This document shows positions 9,301 through 19,748 of a stretch of DNA of 64,000 nt, piece by piece. Position 1 is the stretch's first letter; each line of letters begins with the position of its first letter. Below the pieces are notes generated by a model. That model was not told the DNA's origin. It was given only the letters and a program-made list of their open reading frames with translations, and made no database searches. A program made the translations under genes and the position numbers. This stretch comes from Synechococcus sp. (GTDB lineage: Bacteria > Cyanobacteriota > Cyanobacteriia > PCC-6307 > Cyanobiaceae): the NCBI GenBank assembly GCA_047285535.1, contig JBJBDC010000001.1, forward strand, positions 1,984,136 through 2,048,135, given 5' to 3'.

Positions 9301-10728
9301 GATCCTGTCCGCAGGCCAAGTGCTGATCAAGCCTCGTACCAGCAGGCCTTGGAGTTATCACTGCTCTTTTATGAAGCCAATCGCAGCGGTGATCTCGATG
9401 AAGCCTCCAATCGCATTCCCTGGCGTGGGGACTCTGGCCTGAATGATGGGCGTGATGGTATTTATTTTGGAGATTCTGCTCCTGCAAATTTACAGTCTGG
9501 TGTCAGCCTAGATCTCACTGGTGGTTATCACGATGCCGGCGATCATGTGAAATTTGGATTGCCATTGGCATCCACCTTAAGCACATTGGCTTGGGGCGGA
9601 ATTGAGTTTGCTGATGGCTATCAAATTGCGGATCAGACCGACGAGCTTTTAAGCACTGTGAAATGGGGTACTGATTATTTACTCAAGGCTCATCAAGTTG
9701 ATTCCAATGGCAAGACGGAGTTCTTTATTGCTCAGGTCGGAGATGGCCAGGCCGATCATGCACTCTGGAGTTCGCCTGAGAGCCAGTCGATTCCTCGCCC
9801 AGCTTTAGCGATCACCGCTGAGAAGCCAGGATCTGATGTCGCTGCTGCGAGTGCTGCTGCATTGGCATCAGCATCGGTGCTCTTTCGAGACAATGGTGAG
9901 ATTGCTTATGCCGATGAGTTGCTGAGCAATGCGCAGTCTTTGTTTGATTTTGCAGTTACTTATCAGGGCAAGTATTCCGATTCGATTCCCTCTGTTCAGC
10001 CTTTCTATAACTCCTGGAGTGGTTTCCAAGATGAGCTGGCTTACGGCGGTCTTTGGCTGGCTCGGGGCCTCGAGGCGGCTGGTCAAGATGGATCGGGTTA
10101 CCAATTGGAAGCTCAAGATCGCTATCACTCCTTGATTGGAGGCCTGAATAAGGCCTGGGCTCCAAATTGGGATGATGCGTCCTATGGGACTGCTGTAATG
10201 CTTGCCCAGGATCTCAATGATCAAAGAGCTCTGGGCGATGTCTCCTCATGGCTTGATAGTTGGGTCTCAGGAGAGCAAGGACCTCAAATCACTGAAGGCG
10301 GTTTGAGGTTTGTTGATCAGTGGGGATCTCTTCGCTATTCCGCGAACACCGCCATGCTTGCGGGGGTTGTTGCGGACTCCATTACAAATCCAGGAGGGGC
10401 ATACAGCGAACTTGCTGTCAATTCCATTGATTACATCCTTGGGGATAACCCAAGAGAATCGAGTTATATCGTTGGCTTCGGTGAGAATTCACCTCAACAG
10501 CCACATCACAGGGCTGCTTCTGGTGTGGGGTGGGACGAATTTAACTCTTCGGAAGCGAATGAGTACGTCTTGTATGGAGCTTTGGTGGGAGGTCCCAACA
10601 GTGCTGATGACTTTGCTTATAACGATCAACGTTGGGATTACATCTCGAATGAGGTGGCCATTGATTACAACTCTGGTTTGACGGGTGCCTTGGCTTTTGC
10701 AGCTCAAAACAGCTCGGAATTTGGCTAG
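6379..10728 (+). CDS. Multidomain glycoside hydrolase family 9 (endoglucanase-like): CBM2 - unknown domain x2 - CBM2 - GH9
   Basis: GH9 motifs DLTGGYHDAGDHVKFG, PHHR, NEVAIDYN; two CBM2-like segments (WWDGFTAEVTLKN...W...SIPAG..TVGFNG); ORF open from 6337. Confidence 0.88.
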   Translation: MTTTHSLQISISGNIWWDGFTAEVTLKNNSSQDLDSWSYSFDSPHLINTTPWGAEITSVVLPEGLTRYTLTGKDWGASIPAGKSITVGFNGTQGISLGTEGQLTAQDLMKPSASFSEQSDANEQDRPEVFSEAFNTETDSVEGSSDGMPSEVMPSTEMSSHQSMDQDMHAHDMHSNADSGDYIDITSWGTFHGSNHNSEHNELVGGRTAITTEALVAYNGLRNFAGLEAVELETVGKWAFANQLTNNSQGWGNDETGVGLWYAMQGAKVAWIADALYKPQILADIQRTARLGSEADVMAMVREFGHEGFADYLETSGVQTAFINTLKMEPHYGGWMHGRTHGFLNIENVAIAHDINHLTVLSWDQEQPFMNDTFDWPQWPALDVTNATVINYYQGIVALGDPLSQNLEALPSSKGATANTKVIEENSQEGSSPIAEGLVMENPMDMSSEMMSSDEGVDQGMHAHEMHSGAANIAPLTEQSATDQQAQIEVLNEASNEELNSMNMPSEVMPSTEMSSHQSMDHDMHSNADSGDYIDITSWGTFHGSNHNSEHNELVGGRTAITTEALVAYNGLRNFAGLEAVELETVGKWAFANQLTNNSQGWGNDETGVGLWYAMQGAKVAWIADALYKPQILADIQRTARLGSEADVMAMVREFGHEGFADYLETSGVQTAFINTLKMEPHYGGWMHGRTHGFLNIENVAIAHDINHLTVLSWDQEQPFMNDTFDWPQWPALDVTNATVINYYQGIVALGDPLSQNLEGLSNSGAVTPDPLGFQDPFMPDPAPQESAPDEVQAPYPELLEAVVGNGNEPAPEASQPNQAATTAIPPENSPEINGGLEVEVSGSIWWEGFTAELAVKNTGSADLEHWSFSFDSPHGIQGQPWGAEVTSVELANGLVRHTISGAEWGSSIRAGETIKVGFNGIQGHSIGTSGDLTEGLLFHSAVVDGSSGSDQQDVPNAPAIPEPQETISANSASDPVRRPSADQASYQQALELSLLFYEANRSGDLDEASNRIPWRGDSGLNDGRDGIYFGDSAPANLQSGVSLDLTGGYHDAGDHVKFGLPLASTLSTLAWGGIEFADGYQIADQTDELLSTVKWGTDYLLKAHQVDSNGKTEFFIAQVGDGQADHALWSSPESQSIPRPALAITAEKPGSDVAAASAAALASASVLFRDNGEIAYADELLSNAQSLFDFAVTYQGKYSDSIPSVQPFYNSWSGFQDELAYGGLWLARGLEAAGQDGSGYQLEAQDRYHSLIGGLNKAWAPNWDDASYGTAVMLAQDLNDQRALGDVSSWLDSWVSGEQGPQITEGGLRFVDQWGSLRYSANTAMLAGVVADSITNPGGAYSELAVNSIDYILGDNPRESSYIVGFGENSPQQPHHRAASGVGWDEFNSSEANEYVLYGALVGGPNSADDFAYNDQRWDYISNEVAIDYNSGLTGALAFAAQNSSEFG
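6889..8656 (+). repeat. 715-bp identical intragenic direct repeat (6889-7603 and 7942-8656, offset 1053)
   Basis: Direct reading; identical shadow ORFs 6963..7232 and 8016..8285; similarity extends upstream (6820/7888) across a 15-bp indel. Confidence 0.92.
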
Positions 10729-11726
10729 ATCCAAGTCCTAAGTTTGTTCAAAAGCCGCTCCATTACCTCCGGTAATGGAGCTTGAAACACCATTCGCTCT
10801 CCGCTGATCGGGTGGTCCAGGCCCAGCTGTATGGCATGGAGTGCCTGCCCCGCCAGCTCCACCGGCAATTTCCTGCAGCGACTATAGGTCGGGTCCCCAA
10901 CCACAGGGTGATGCATGTGCGCGCAATGCACCCGAATCTGGTGCGTTCGTCCTGTATCGAGCTTGAAACGTAACAAGGAATAATCACCCAGTCGCTCTTC
11001 CAGCTTCCAGTGCGTGCGCGCATAGCGGCCGTTTTCATCACTCACCACCGCATATTTTTTGCGATCCACAGGGTGACGACCAATCGCACCAACAATCGTG
11101 CCCACTTCACCCTGAGGCACTCCATGGACCACGGCTACATACTCACGGGACGCAATCCTTTTTTGGATCTGTACTTGCAGCCGAACCAAGGCCTCCTGAG
11201 ACTTGGCAATGACGATGCATCCCGTGGTGTCCTTATCCAGGCGATGGACAATTCCTGGCCGCAATTTTCCGCTAATCCCAGGTAAGTCCTGGCAGTGATG
11301 CAAGAGACCGTTCACCAAGGTTCCATCTTTATTCCCTGGTGCAGGGTGCACCGTGAGTCCAGCCGGCTTATTGATCACGATCAAGTCTTCGTCTTCAAAG
11401 AGCACATCGAGATCCATCGGCTCAGGCTTGAGATAAGGCAAAGGTTCTGGCGGCGGCATCCATAGCTGCACCTGATCTCCATTGCGAAGAGGGGTTTTGG
11501 CTTTTCCCGCCTGGCCATTCACCCGCACATATCCCGCATCAATGAACTTCTGAATCCGGGCCCGGCTTTGCTCAGATCTCTGACTCACCAACCAGCGATC
11601 CAACCGCATGGGCAGCGGTTTGGCATAGGTGAGCGTTACCAGATCCCCTTCTCCCTCTCCGAAGACATGCGTAAATTCCTCCTCAGGCAAAGGGGATCGT
11701 CTCCGTCCTTGGCCTTGAACGCTCAA
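10725..11726 (-). CDS. rluD: RluA/RluD-family 23S rRNA pseudouridine synthase
   Basis: N-terminal S4 domain (RLDRWL), NKPAGL, HRLDKDTTG, TGRTHQIRVH. Confidence 0.9.
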   Translation of the reverse strand: MSVQGQGRRRSPLPEEEFTHVFGEGEGDLVTLTYAKPLPMRLDRWLVSQRSEQSRARIQKFIDAGYVRVNGQAGKAKTPLRNGDQVQLWMPPPEPLPYLKPEPMDLDVLFEDEDLIVINKPAGLTVHPAPGNKDGTLVNGLLHHCQDLPGISGKLRPGIVHRLDKDTTGCIVIAKSQEALVRLQVQIQKRIASREYVAVVHGVPQGEVGTIVGAIGRHPVDRKKYAVVSDENGRYARTHWKLEERLGDYSLLRFKLDTGRTHQIRVHCAHMHHPVVGDPTYSRCRKLPVELAGQALHAIQLGLDHPISGERMVFQAPLPEVMERLLNKLRTWI

Positions 11727-12601
11727 GCGTCCCCCTGGTCCGGTAATTCCAGAGCAATCCTGCCCAAGGCGGACTTGCGAAAATCATCCAACAACCGCTG
11801 AGCCATCCGTGCCGTATCACCAGAGGTATGACGTTCGGCCGTTGCCTCCAGCCAAAACGCAGGATCAGCAGTAGGCCCGGCTACTGGGGTGCCATAACGC
11901 GCTTCGAGGATTGGCAAGATCACACCAGCAGCCTCCTGAGACTTCAAGCCAATGAGCAAATGCAGAAAAGCCTGCGCCACGAGTTCGCCGTCATAAGCCG
12001 CCTGACCAATGTCATCGCAGAGCGCCAGATTGAGAGCCGCCTGTTGGTTGTCCAGGCGCGGGGGGAGCACACCTGGAGCATCAAGCAGGTCGAGATCCTG
12101 ACCAAGTCGAACCCAGCGCAATGTGCGGGTCACACCAGCACGACGGGCACTAGCCACAACCTTTTGCTTCACCAGGCGATTGATCAAAGCTGACTTGCCA
12201 ACGTTGGGGAACCCCAAGGTGAGAGCTCGTACCGGCCGCGGCCGCATGCCCCGGCTACGGCGGCGTTCATTGAGTTGATCCCCAGCACGGATCGCCGCTT
12301 GCTGAACCTGCTTCACACCAGTGCCGGCCTTGGCGTCACACCAGACCGTGCGTTGCCCCCGAAGCTTGAACCAATGCTCCCAACCTTGACGGGCCTCTGT
12401 CGTGACCATGTCACGGCGATTGATCACCAAGAGATGGTGTTTTCCCTTAATCCAGCGATTGAGATGTGGATGTCCCGTGGATAGCGGAATGCGGGCATCA
12501 CGCACTTCGATGACGAGATCCACCTTGTCGAGGTGACGCTTGAGCTGCTGTTCCGCCTTGGCGATATGCCCGGGATACCACTGAATCGCTGGTGAACTCA
12601 C
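11723..12601 (-). CDS. rbgA: Ribosome biogenesis GTPase RbgA/YlqF
   Basis: IQWYPGH, DARIP, GFPNVGKS, LDAPG; GTG start overlapping the upstream TGA. Confidence 0.93.
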   Translation of the reverse strand: MSSPAIQWYPGHIAKAEQQLKRHLDKVDLVIEVRDARIPLSTGHPHLNRWIKGKHHLLVINRRDMVTTEARQGWEHWFKLRGQRTVWCDAKAGTGVKQVQQAAIRAGDQLNERRRSRGMRPRPVRALTLGFPNVGKSALINRLVKQKVVASARRAGVTRTLRWVRLGQDLDLLDAPGVLPPRLDNQQAALNLALCDDIGQAAYDGELVAQAFLHLLIGLKSQEAAGVILPILEARYGTPVAGPTADPAFWLEATAERHTSGDTARMAQRLLDDFRKSALGRIALELPDQGDA

Positions 12602-12981
12602 GGCACCACCAGAACCGGACAAGGGGCCAGCTGAATCACCCGCGCTGCCGTGCCGCCACTTTCAGCTTCTACATTCACGCCGCGGGTGCCCATCACAATC
12701 ACATCCACATTCAACTCGTCTGCCACGTCACAAATCACAAACGCCGGCAGCCCCTCACGCTCGACCACCTCACAGGACACCCCTACCTGCGCAAAGCGCT
12801 CCCTTGTCTCGGCCAATAAGGTTGCCACCGCTTGATGGTCATGCATCTCAGGACGCTCAGGTTGCACCACAGACAAGACGATCAGCCTGCTGTTGTGACT
12901 GCGTGCCAAGTCAAGAGCTTTTGTCGCTGTCTCAAAAGCTTCTCGACTCTGATCGAGTGGAAACAAAACGGTCTCAAACAT
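12598..12981 (-). CDS. Universal stress protein (UspA family)
   Basis: MFETVLFPLD...DVIVMGTRG...APCPVLVVP. Confidence 0.9.
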   Translation of the reverse strand: MFETVLFPLDQSREAFETATKALDLARSHNSRLIVLSVVQPERPEMHDHQAVATLLAETRERFAQVGVSCEVVEREGLPAFVICDVADELNVDVIVMGTRGVNVEAESGGTAARVIQLAPCPVLVVP

Positions 12982-13071
12982 TGGGCCACCTCCGTTAGTA
13001 CCCCTCTTTTTCAGTGCTAGCGCGTAATCGGGTTAATCTCACCGCGTTTTCACACCTCACGACATATCCAA

Positions 13072-14280
13072 ATGGCGAAGCGTTCTCTGGCCAAGCTGAA
13101 CACCGGTGACTTGAATGGCAAACGCGTTCTTGTGCGGGTTGATTTCAACGTGCCTCTGAACGACGCCGGTGAGATCACAGACGACACCCGCATTCGAGCA
13201 GCACTGCCCACGATTCAGGATCTGATCGGTAAGGGCGCCAAAGTGATTTTGGCGGCTCACTTCGGTCGCCCCAAGGGACAAGTGAATGAAACGATGCGCC
13301 TGACTCCTGTTGCCGGGCGTTTAAGTGAACTACTCAACAAGCCTGTCACTAAAACTGACAGCTGCATTGGCCCGGATGCAGAAGCAAAAGTCAACGCCAT
13401 GGCAACCGGCGATGTCGTGCTGCTCGAAAACGTGCGCTTTTTTGGTGAAGAAGAGAAAAACGACGCTGATTTCGCCCAGAAGCTTGCAGGGTTGGCAGAT
13501 GTCTACGTCAACGATGCCTTTGGTGCAGCGCACCGTGCCCACGCCTCAACTGAAGGCGTAACCAAATTCCTCAAGCCATCCGTGGCTGGCTTCTTGATGG
13601 AGAAAGAACTTCAGTACCTACAAGGTGCTGTGGATGATCCCAAGCGTCCTTTGGCCGCGATCGTTGGCGGTTCCAAAGTGAGCAGCAAGATCGGCGTCCT
13701 TGAAGCCTTGATCGACAAGTGCGACAAGGTACTCATCGGCGGCGGCATGATCTTCACCTTCTATAAAGCCCGTGGCCTCGCCGTCGGCAAAAGCCTCGTG
13801 GAAGAAGACAAGCTTGAGCTTGCGAAAGAACTAGAGGCCAAAGCCAAAGCCAAAGGCGTTGAGCTGCTTCTACCCACCGATGTTGTGCTAGCCGACAACT
13901 TCGCTCCCGATGCCAATAGTCAAGTGGCAGATGTAACGGCCATCCCAGACGGCTGGATGGGACTGGACATCGGTCCCGATGCCATCAAAGTGTTCCAAGC
14001 AGCCCTGGCCGATTGCAAGACCGTGATCTGGAACGGGCCGATGGGCGTGTTTGAGTTCGACAAATTCGCCGCAGGCACCAACGCCATTGCCACAAGCCTG
14101 GCCGAACTCAGCGGTAAGGGCTGCTGCACCATCATTGGTGGTGGTGATTCCGTAGCTGCCGTTGAGAAAGCAGGTCTGGCGGCCCAGATGTCACACATCT
14201 CCACCGGTGGTGGCGCCAGTCTTGAACTCCTGGAAGGCAAAGTGCTTCCAGGCGTTGCAGCACTCGATGACGCCGCCTGA
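13072..14280 (+). CDS. pgk: Phosphoglycerate kinase
   Basis: [43 protein letters not shown]. Confidence 0.98.
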   Translation: MAKRSLAKLNTGDLNGKRVLVRVDFNVPLNDAGEITDDTRIRAALPTIQDLIGKGAKVILAAHFGRPKGQVNETMRLTPVAGRLSELLNKPVTKTDSCIGPDAEAKVNAMATGDVVLLENVRFFGEEEKNDADFAQKLAGLADVYVNDAFGAAHRAHASTEGVTKFLKPSVAGFLMEKELQYLQGAVDDPKRPLAAIVGGSKVSSKIGVLEALIDKCDKVLIGGGMIFTFYKARGLAVGKSLVEEDKLELAKELEAKAKAKGVELLLPTDVVLADNFAPDANSQVADVTAIPDGWMGLDIGPDAIKVFQAALADCKTVIWNGPMGVFEFDKFAAGTNAIATSLAELSGKGCCTIIGGGDSVAAVEKAGLAAQMSHISTGGGASLELLEGKVLPGVAALDDAA

Positions 14281-14310
14281 TTCAGGCTTCAACATCCGGC
14301 TGAGCATGCA

Positions 14311-14742
14311 TCAGCTGAGCGGCAGGCCGTTTCGATTGAAACGGCCTTTTTTGCGCAATCCACCCTTCTCAGACCGTGGAGGAAGGCCCAGTCGTTGCCG
14401 TTCAACATTCATCGCGGCACGTGCCTCTTGATACAGCTTGCGACGACCCTGGCGTTGTTCTTGCTTGCACAGTCGGAAGGCATCCACCGTAGTGGCAGAT
14501 CGCACACATTGTTGCCGAGCTGCCAACAGTGCTTTTTGCTGATCAAAGGTATTGATCTCCCAACGCCGCCGAGCCTCAAACAATTGTTGCTTCTGAGCAT
14601 CCGTGAGATTGGATCGATCAGCACGCAACCGCATGGGAGAGTCAGCCCATCCTGAGCTTGGGTGAAGAGAGGCGGCTGCCAATGCAGCACAAGGAATGAC
14701 CAGATAACGCTTCCAATGTTTAAAGATGACCATGACAATCAT
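14311..14742 (-). CDS. Hypothetical exported helical protein (LTxxQ/Spy-like motif)
   Basis: Signal-peptide-like N-terminus, NLTDAQKQQL, two Cys; start uncertain (ORF open to 14868). Confidence 0.6.
   Translation of the reverse strand: MIVMVIFKHWKRYLVIPCAALAAASLHPSSGWADSPMRLRADRSNLTDAQKQQLFEARRRWEINTFDQQKALLAARQQCVRSATTVDAFRLCKQEQRQGRRKLYQEARAAMNVERQRLGLPPRSEKGGLRKKGRFNRNGLPLS
14324..14352 (+). terminator. Probable intrinsic terminator of pgk
   Basis: AGGCCGTTTC-gatt-GAAACGGCCT followed by a T run. Confidence 0.7.
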
Positions 14743-14828
14743 TAAATTGACGTCCTCATCCTGAAAGGGATCTGCGGGCAAGTTCTGACCGAAACGGTCA
14801 GGAAGCATGACCGGATCTAACCCGGCGG

Positions 14829-15842
14829 TTGACCCGAGCCACTGAACGGGACCTGTTCCTGAAACCATCCAAAAGATCTCTCACAATCTGGAGCGTCTCA
14901 ATCCTGAAACTCGCCTCTGACGCTCTCCCCGTCATCACCCCCCCTGCACCAGTGGCCATGGTGGGTCTAGGTGCGCTTGGATTACCGATCGCCGTCAATC
15001 TGCGCCGCGCTGGTTACCAACTCCAAGTGCACACCCGCAGCCGCGCAGCGGAAACAGCACCAGAACTTCAGAACGCTGAAGGGCTTGCATTGACCTCCCA
15101 TAGCTCTCCAGCCAAGGCCGTGAACGGTTGTCAAGCCCTGCTGCTTTGCGTCAGCGATGACGCCGCTGTGCGCACAGTTCTATGGGGCGAAAACGGAGCA
15201 GGTCCTTGCCTAACAGAAGGAACCGTGGTGATTGATTGCTCCACAATCGCCCCAGCCACAGCGGAAGCCATGGCCGAGCAACTGGAGGAACGTGGGGTTC
15301 ACTACATCGATGCTCCAGTCACTGGTGGCACAGAAGGAGCCAAGGCCGGGACTCTCACAGTGCTTTGCGGAGGCTTGAAGTCCACTGTCCATCGCGTGAG
15401 CCCCTTACTGGAGACGATTGGACGCTCGATCCATTACTTCGGGCCCGTTGGCAGTGGCCAAAAGGTTAAAGCGGTCAATCAGGTTCTCGTCGCTGGAAGC
15501 TATGCCGCTGTCGCAGAAGCCATGGCCTTGGGACAACATTTAAGACTTCCCATGGAACAGGTTGTGGCAGCCCTTCAGCACGGCGCTGCCGGCTCATGGG
15601 CTCTGCAACACCGCTCCGCAGCCATGCTTGAGGATCGTTACCCCCTTGGATTCAAGCTCAAGCTCCATCACAAAGATCTGGAGATTGCTGTGGCTGCCGC
15701 AAGCGAATTGCAATTAGAGCTCCCCATTACCCAACTGGTTCTTGAACAAGAAGCGAAACTGATGAAACAGGGGCTTGGAAACAAAGATGTGTCCGCCCTT
15801 CGACGTTGCTTGCCTTCGCAACCGAATCAGGGCTTGAGCTGA
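14829..15842 (+). CDS. NAD(P)-dependent oxidoreductase, 3-hydroxyisobutyrate dehydrogenase family
   Basis: VGLGALG Rossmann motif, DCSTI, DAPVTGG, KAVNQ; true start probably downstream of 14829. Confidence 0.88.
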   Translation: MTRATERDLFLKPSKRSLTIWSVSILKLASDALPVITPPAPVAMVGLGALGLPIAVNLRRAGYQLQVHTRSRAAETAPELQNAEGLALTSHSSPAKAVNGCQALLLCVSDDAAVRTVLWGENGAGPCLTEGTVVIDCSTIAPATAEAMAEQLEERGVHYIDAPVTGGTEGAKAGTLTVLCGGLKSTVHRVSPLLETIGRSIHYFGPVGSGQKVKAVNQVLVAGSYAAVAEAMALGQHLRLPMEQVVAALQHGAAGSWALQHRSAAMLEDRYPLGFKLKLHHKDLEIAVAAASELQLELPITQLVLEQEAKLMKQGLGNKDVSALRRCLPSQPNQGLS

Positions 15843-16579
15843 CTCTTGTCATCCACAACCCGAACCTGCTTGCTGACGCTCACCACCCCCTCGGGATGGA
15901 CCAATAAAGCAGCCCAATTTTGAACACCAGGTTTAAAAGGAGCTTGAACTGACTTGAATAATCCGCCACCGCCTAGGGGCTGAAGCTGAATCGTTGGACT
16001 CTCTTGGCCCATGACCTGCAGAGGGGTAAGAGCGATCAAGCCACCTGCCAATAATGCATCTCCCAAGGGCTCATCCACCACGACATCAAAGTCATAACGA
16101 CTTCCAGTAAGGACGCTATCTGGAATCATCAGACTGATGGGAAGCGAGTTCCTAGCACTGGTCATGATCGATTGAGCACTCAGAATTTCCTGATCACTAA
16201 TCAATCCACGCTCAGTCCTCACCGCTAAACGCTGATTGGCAGAGAAGGAATAACTCAAACCATCCTGCTGGCGGGTTCCACTAACGGCGATTTGGAAGGT
16301 TGATCGACCATCTGAAGTTGGAGTGCCTGGGCTGACCGACCAACGCAATTGAGGGAAACGACTGCGGAAAAGGCGATACCGCCCCTCGAGTTCACCCAGT
16401 TGATCAGGCGCAAAGAGAGACTTCAACGAAGCGACGTTACCCTCAGTCTCATTGAGAGCAAGTTCCAATTTCCGACTGAAATCAATTGATTCCTGGGTGA
16501 CAGCCCGAGTCAACAAGGGGAAAGAAAGGGCGGAGCCAAGTAATAACGAAACCAACGAGGCACGGAGAGCCCTAGACAT
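15827..16579 (-). CDS. Conserved cyanobacterial exported protein (NTF2-like)
   Basis: Signal peptide; DVVVDEPLG and GGGGLFKSVQAP motifs; typical neighbour of murG. Confidence 0.65.
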   Translation of the reverse strand: MSRALRASLVSLLLGSALSFPLLTRAVTQESIDFSRKLELALNETEGNVASLKSLFAPDQLGELEGRYRLFRSRFPQLRWSVSPGTPTSDGRSTFQIAVSGTRQQDGLSYSFSANQRLAVRTERGLISDQEILSAQSIMTSARNSLPISLMIPDSVLTGSRYDFDVVVDEPLGDALLAGGLIALTPLQVMGQESPTIQLQPLGGGGLFKSVQAPFKPGVQNWAALLVHPEGVVSVSKQVRVVDDKSQLKP

Positions 16580-16637
16580 GAAGTCGTCCCCTAAGTCCAT
16601 CTAAGTTAGGGCGCGCTCCCGTGCTCCGCACATCCTT

Positions 16638-17717
16638 ATGCCACGGCTTCTGATCGCTGCCAGCGGCACCGGCGGACACTTATTTCCAGCACTCTCGGTT
16701 GCCGACGCCTTACCGGAGCCATGGAGCGTTCGTTGGGTGGGTGTTCCCGATCGTCTGGAAAACAGCCTGATCCCCGGGCATTATCCACTCACCACAGTCA
16801 AAGCCGGTGGCTTGCAAGGTCGTGGGCTTCGCAAAATCATTCAAATGCTGCAGTTGCTGGCCGCCAGCGGCAGCATGCGCCGACTGATCCGACGAGAAGG
16901 CATCGACGCTGTCTTCACAACCGGCGGATATATCGCGGCACCAGCAATCCTGGCGGCACGTTGGTGTGGCATTCCAGTGGTGCTCCATGAATCGAATGCC
17001 ATTCCAGGCAGGGTCACACGGTTACTGGGTCGCTGTTGTACCCGTGTTGCGGTGGGGCTGGAGGCGGCCGCACTGCGCATCCCCGGCTGCCGAGCCATGG
17101 TGACCGGCACTCCGGTCAGGACGGCTTTCCTCGAGAAACACCCAATTCCAAAGTGGGTTCCTGAGGGCGATGGCCCACTTCTTGTGGTGATCGGTGGCAG
17201 CCAAGGGGCTTTAGGACTCAACCGAATGACACGAGTGCTGTTTCCCGCGCTGCTGAACAGCGGCTGTCGCATCGTGCATCTCACCGGCAGCAATGACCCC
17301 GACGTGGGTTGTATCGAGCACCCCCTCCTGGTGGAGCGTTCCTTCAGCGATGAGATTCCAGCCTTGCTGCAACATGCCGACCTCGCCATCAGCAGAGCCG
17401 GAGCAGGAAGTTTGAGTGAACTGGCTGTGAGCGGAACACCCAGCGTGCTGGTGCCCTTCCCCCAAGCGGCTGATCGTCATCAAGATGCCAATGCCGCCTG
17501 TGCTGCGGCCATCGCCGCTGCCGTCATCGTGCATCAGCACGATCCAGGCGAACATACCCTTCGCGACACGGTCTGGCGTCTGCTTGGGCCAAGGCTTCGT
17601 GGGGGATGCAAACCAGCCGATGACCCACTACTCAAGATGGGGCAAGCCATGCATGAACTCGGTGTTGAAGACGCGGATCAGAAGCTTGTGGAACTACTCA
17701 AAGACCTCGTGCCCTAA
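16638..17717 (+). CDS. murG: MurG glycosyltransferase
   Basis: [36 protein letters not shown]. Confidence 0.96.
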   Translation: MPRLLIAASGTGGHLFPALSVADALPEPWSVRWVGVPDRLENSLIPGHYPLTTVKAGGLQGRGLRKIIQMLQLLAASGSMRRLIRREGIDAVFTTGGYIAAPAILAARWCGIPVVLHESNAIPGRVTRLLGRCCTRVAVGLEAAALRIPGCRAMVTGTPVRTAFLEKHPIPKWVPEGDGPLLVVIGGSQGALGLNRMTRVLFPALLNSGCRIVHLTGSNDPDVGCIEHPLLVERSFSDEIPALLQHADLAISRAGAGSLSELAVSGTPSVLVPFPQAADRHQDANAACAAAIAAAVIVHQHDPGEHTLRDTVWRLLGPRLRGGCKPADDPLLKMGQAMHELGVEDADQKLVELLKDLVP

Positions 17718-18831
17718 CGCGCTGGAAGGCACGCATGATCCGTCGATTGTCACGACGAGTTTGTAGGCCAATCCGCAACCATCGGTCACCCAAACCCTCG
17801 AAAGAACGACAATCCCTGAGCAAGACTCCCTGAGCAGCGATCTGCTCGCGAAGCTCCAATAAAGACTGCTCACCCTGAATCAGCAAATAATTGGCAGCCG
17901 AGGGGTAGGCCTTGAATCCAGGGATGGCATCAAGTTGTTCCCGCAACCAGGTGCCCTCCTCTTGCACCCACTGCTGAACACGCTTTTGCCACCGCTGCAA
18001 GCCAACAGGATCGTTCATCACAGCGATTCCAGCGGCCATCGCCAAGCCATTCACGGGCCACGGATCTCGCCACGAGCGCCATCGACGGAGACGATCTGGA
18101 GCCGCAATCGCATAACCAAGACGCAAACCTGCAATCGCAAAGAGCTTCGTGAGACTGCGAATCACCACAAGGTTGGGATGGTCTGCCACCAAAGCAAGCA
18201 AGGATTGGTCCTCTCCACCTGGCACTAAAGGCAGGAAGGCCTCATCACAGATCACAAGCGAATGGCTCTCCAGCAACGGTTCCAGCGAACAACGGCTCCA
18301 GAGCTGACCTGTGGGGTTATGGGGATTTGTAATCCACACAACATCAGTCGCATTCGGGGATGCAAACGGAAACGGCTGAGGCCAGCTGTCACCCCACTCA
18401 AGGGGCAGAGGCAACCCTTCGATCGCCCCACCCCAACACGCCAAAGCCCGGAAATAATCAGCAAATCCAGGCTGAGGAAGAGCGTTGGTGCCACAGACGG
18501 CCGCATCACGACCAACCCATGTGAACAACTCAGCTGCCCCATTCCCTCCAAGCACCTGCTCCGGATCCACGTCATGCCATGACGCGATTGCAGATCTCAA
18601 ATCAGCCTGATCACGATCTGGATAATCGCGCAAATCGCGACTCCTGATCGCAGCGGCGAGAGTCTTGCCAAGAACATCTGGTGGAGGAAATGGCACCAAA
18701 GAGGCGCTCGCATCCAGCAGCTGGGCAGGCTGCATCCCCAGCCGCCGGGCTTCTTGGCTGAGATTCCCTCCATGGGGAGGAAGGCCGTTGCTCACGCCGA
18801 CTGGTCTTGGATTCCCCCATCCTGCTCCCAT
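17698..18831 (-). CDS. cobD: Threonine-phosphate decarboxylase (PLP class I/II)
   Basis: [41 protein letters not shown]. Confidence 0.82.
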   Translation of the reverse strand: MGAGWGNPRPVGVSNGLPPHGGNLSQEARRLGMQPAQLLDASASLVPFPPPDVLGKTLAAAIRSRDLRDYPDRDQADLRSAIASWHDVDPEQVLGGNGAAELFTWVGRDAAVCGTNALPQPGFADYFRALACWGGAIEGLPLPLEWGDSWPQPFPFASPNATDVVWITNPHNPTGQLWSRCSLEPLLESHSLVICDEAFLPLVPGGEDQSLLALVADHPNLVVIRSLTKLFAIAGLRLGYAIAAPDRLRRWRSWRDPWPVNGLAMAAGIAVMNDPVGLQRWQKRVQQWVQEEGTWLREQLDAIPGFKAYPSAANYLLIQGEQSLLELREQIAAQGVLLRDCRSFEGLGDRWLRIGLQTRRDNRRIMRAFQRVRARGL

Positions 18832-18915
18832 GCTCTGCCAAAAGGTTCTGCCCAGGCGCATGGTCGACGAGGAGAAGGAAGACCGATACAACGCAGTACA
18901 ACCAAGTCAGCTCCC

Positions 18916-19725
18916 GTGTTCAACCTCTATCGCTGGATGCCGCTACTGGGTTTATTGCTAGTCGCAGGCCCTGTCGAAGCCAACAGCACTGACGATCTCA
19001 TCAAAGTGCTCCAGAACGGTGAGTGCCGAAACTGCCGCTTGGCCGATGCGGACCTCGTCCATGCCGATCTACGCGATGCCGACTTAAGAGATGCGCAACT
19101 CCAGCGAGCCAATCTTGGGGAAGCCCAACTTGATGGGGCTGACTTAAGCGGGGCCAACCTCAGCTTCACCAGCTTGCGCGGGGCCTCGCTCCGCGGCGCC
19201 AATCTCCAAGGGAGCATCCTGCATGGCACCGACCTGCGGTTTGCCGATCTCAGTGGAGCTCAGCTGAACCCGAACGCTCTGGAGAGGGCCCACTGGCAGG
19301 GGGCCACTGGCATCAGCCCTGGCATTCAAAGTCATGCTGCGCTGCACAATGCCGGCGTCGAAGCCACACAGGCCGGTCGATTAGCGCAAGCTGAACAACT
19401 TTTTAGTGCAGCGATTCGTCGTGCTCCCAAAGAGCCTTTGAGCTGGGTTGCGAGAGGGATCACGCGCAGCGAACAGGCCAAGGATGAATTGGCCGCACAA
19501 GACTTCGGTTACGCCGCTGCATTGTTTGAGCAGCAAGGGGCATTGACTTGGGCCGAACAGCTCAATCAAGCAGCCAACTCAATCAGCAAACGACGCTTTA
19601 AGCCAACCCAACAACAATCTGGCAACGGTCTTGGCAATCAACTGCTCGAGGGCACGATCAGCGGACTTCGCATGCTTGCACCTCTGGCAGCGAAAGCACT
19701 GATTCCACTTGGACTTGGACTCTGA
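18916..19725 (+). CDS. Pentapeptide-repeat protein with C-terminal TPR-like region
   Basis: C..C.L then A(D/N)L pentapeptide repeats; signal peptide; TPR-like helices. Confidence 0.88.
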   Translation: MFNLYRWMPLLGLLLVAGPVEANSTDDLIKVLQNGECRNCRLADADLVHADLRDADLRDAQLQRANLGEAQLDGADLSGANLSFTSLRGASLRGANLQGSILHGTDLRFADLSGAQLNPNALERAHWQGATGISPGIQSHAALHNAGVEATQAGRLAQAEQLFSAAIRRAPKEPLSWVARGITRSEQAKDELAAQDFGYAAALFEQQGALTWAEQLNQAANSISKRRFKPTQQQSGNGLGNQLLEGTISGLRMLAPLAAKALIPLGLGL

Positions 19726-19748
19726 TGCAAAAGACCAAGAACGCTTGA

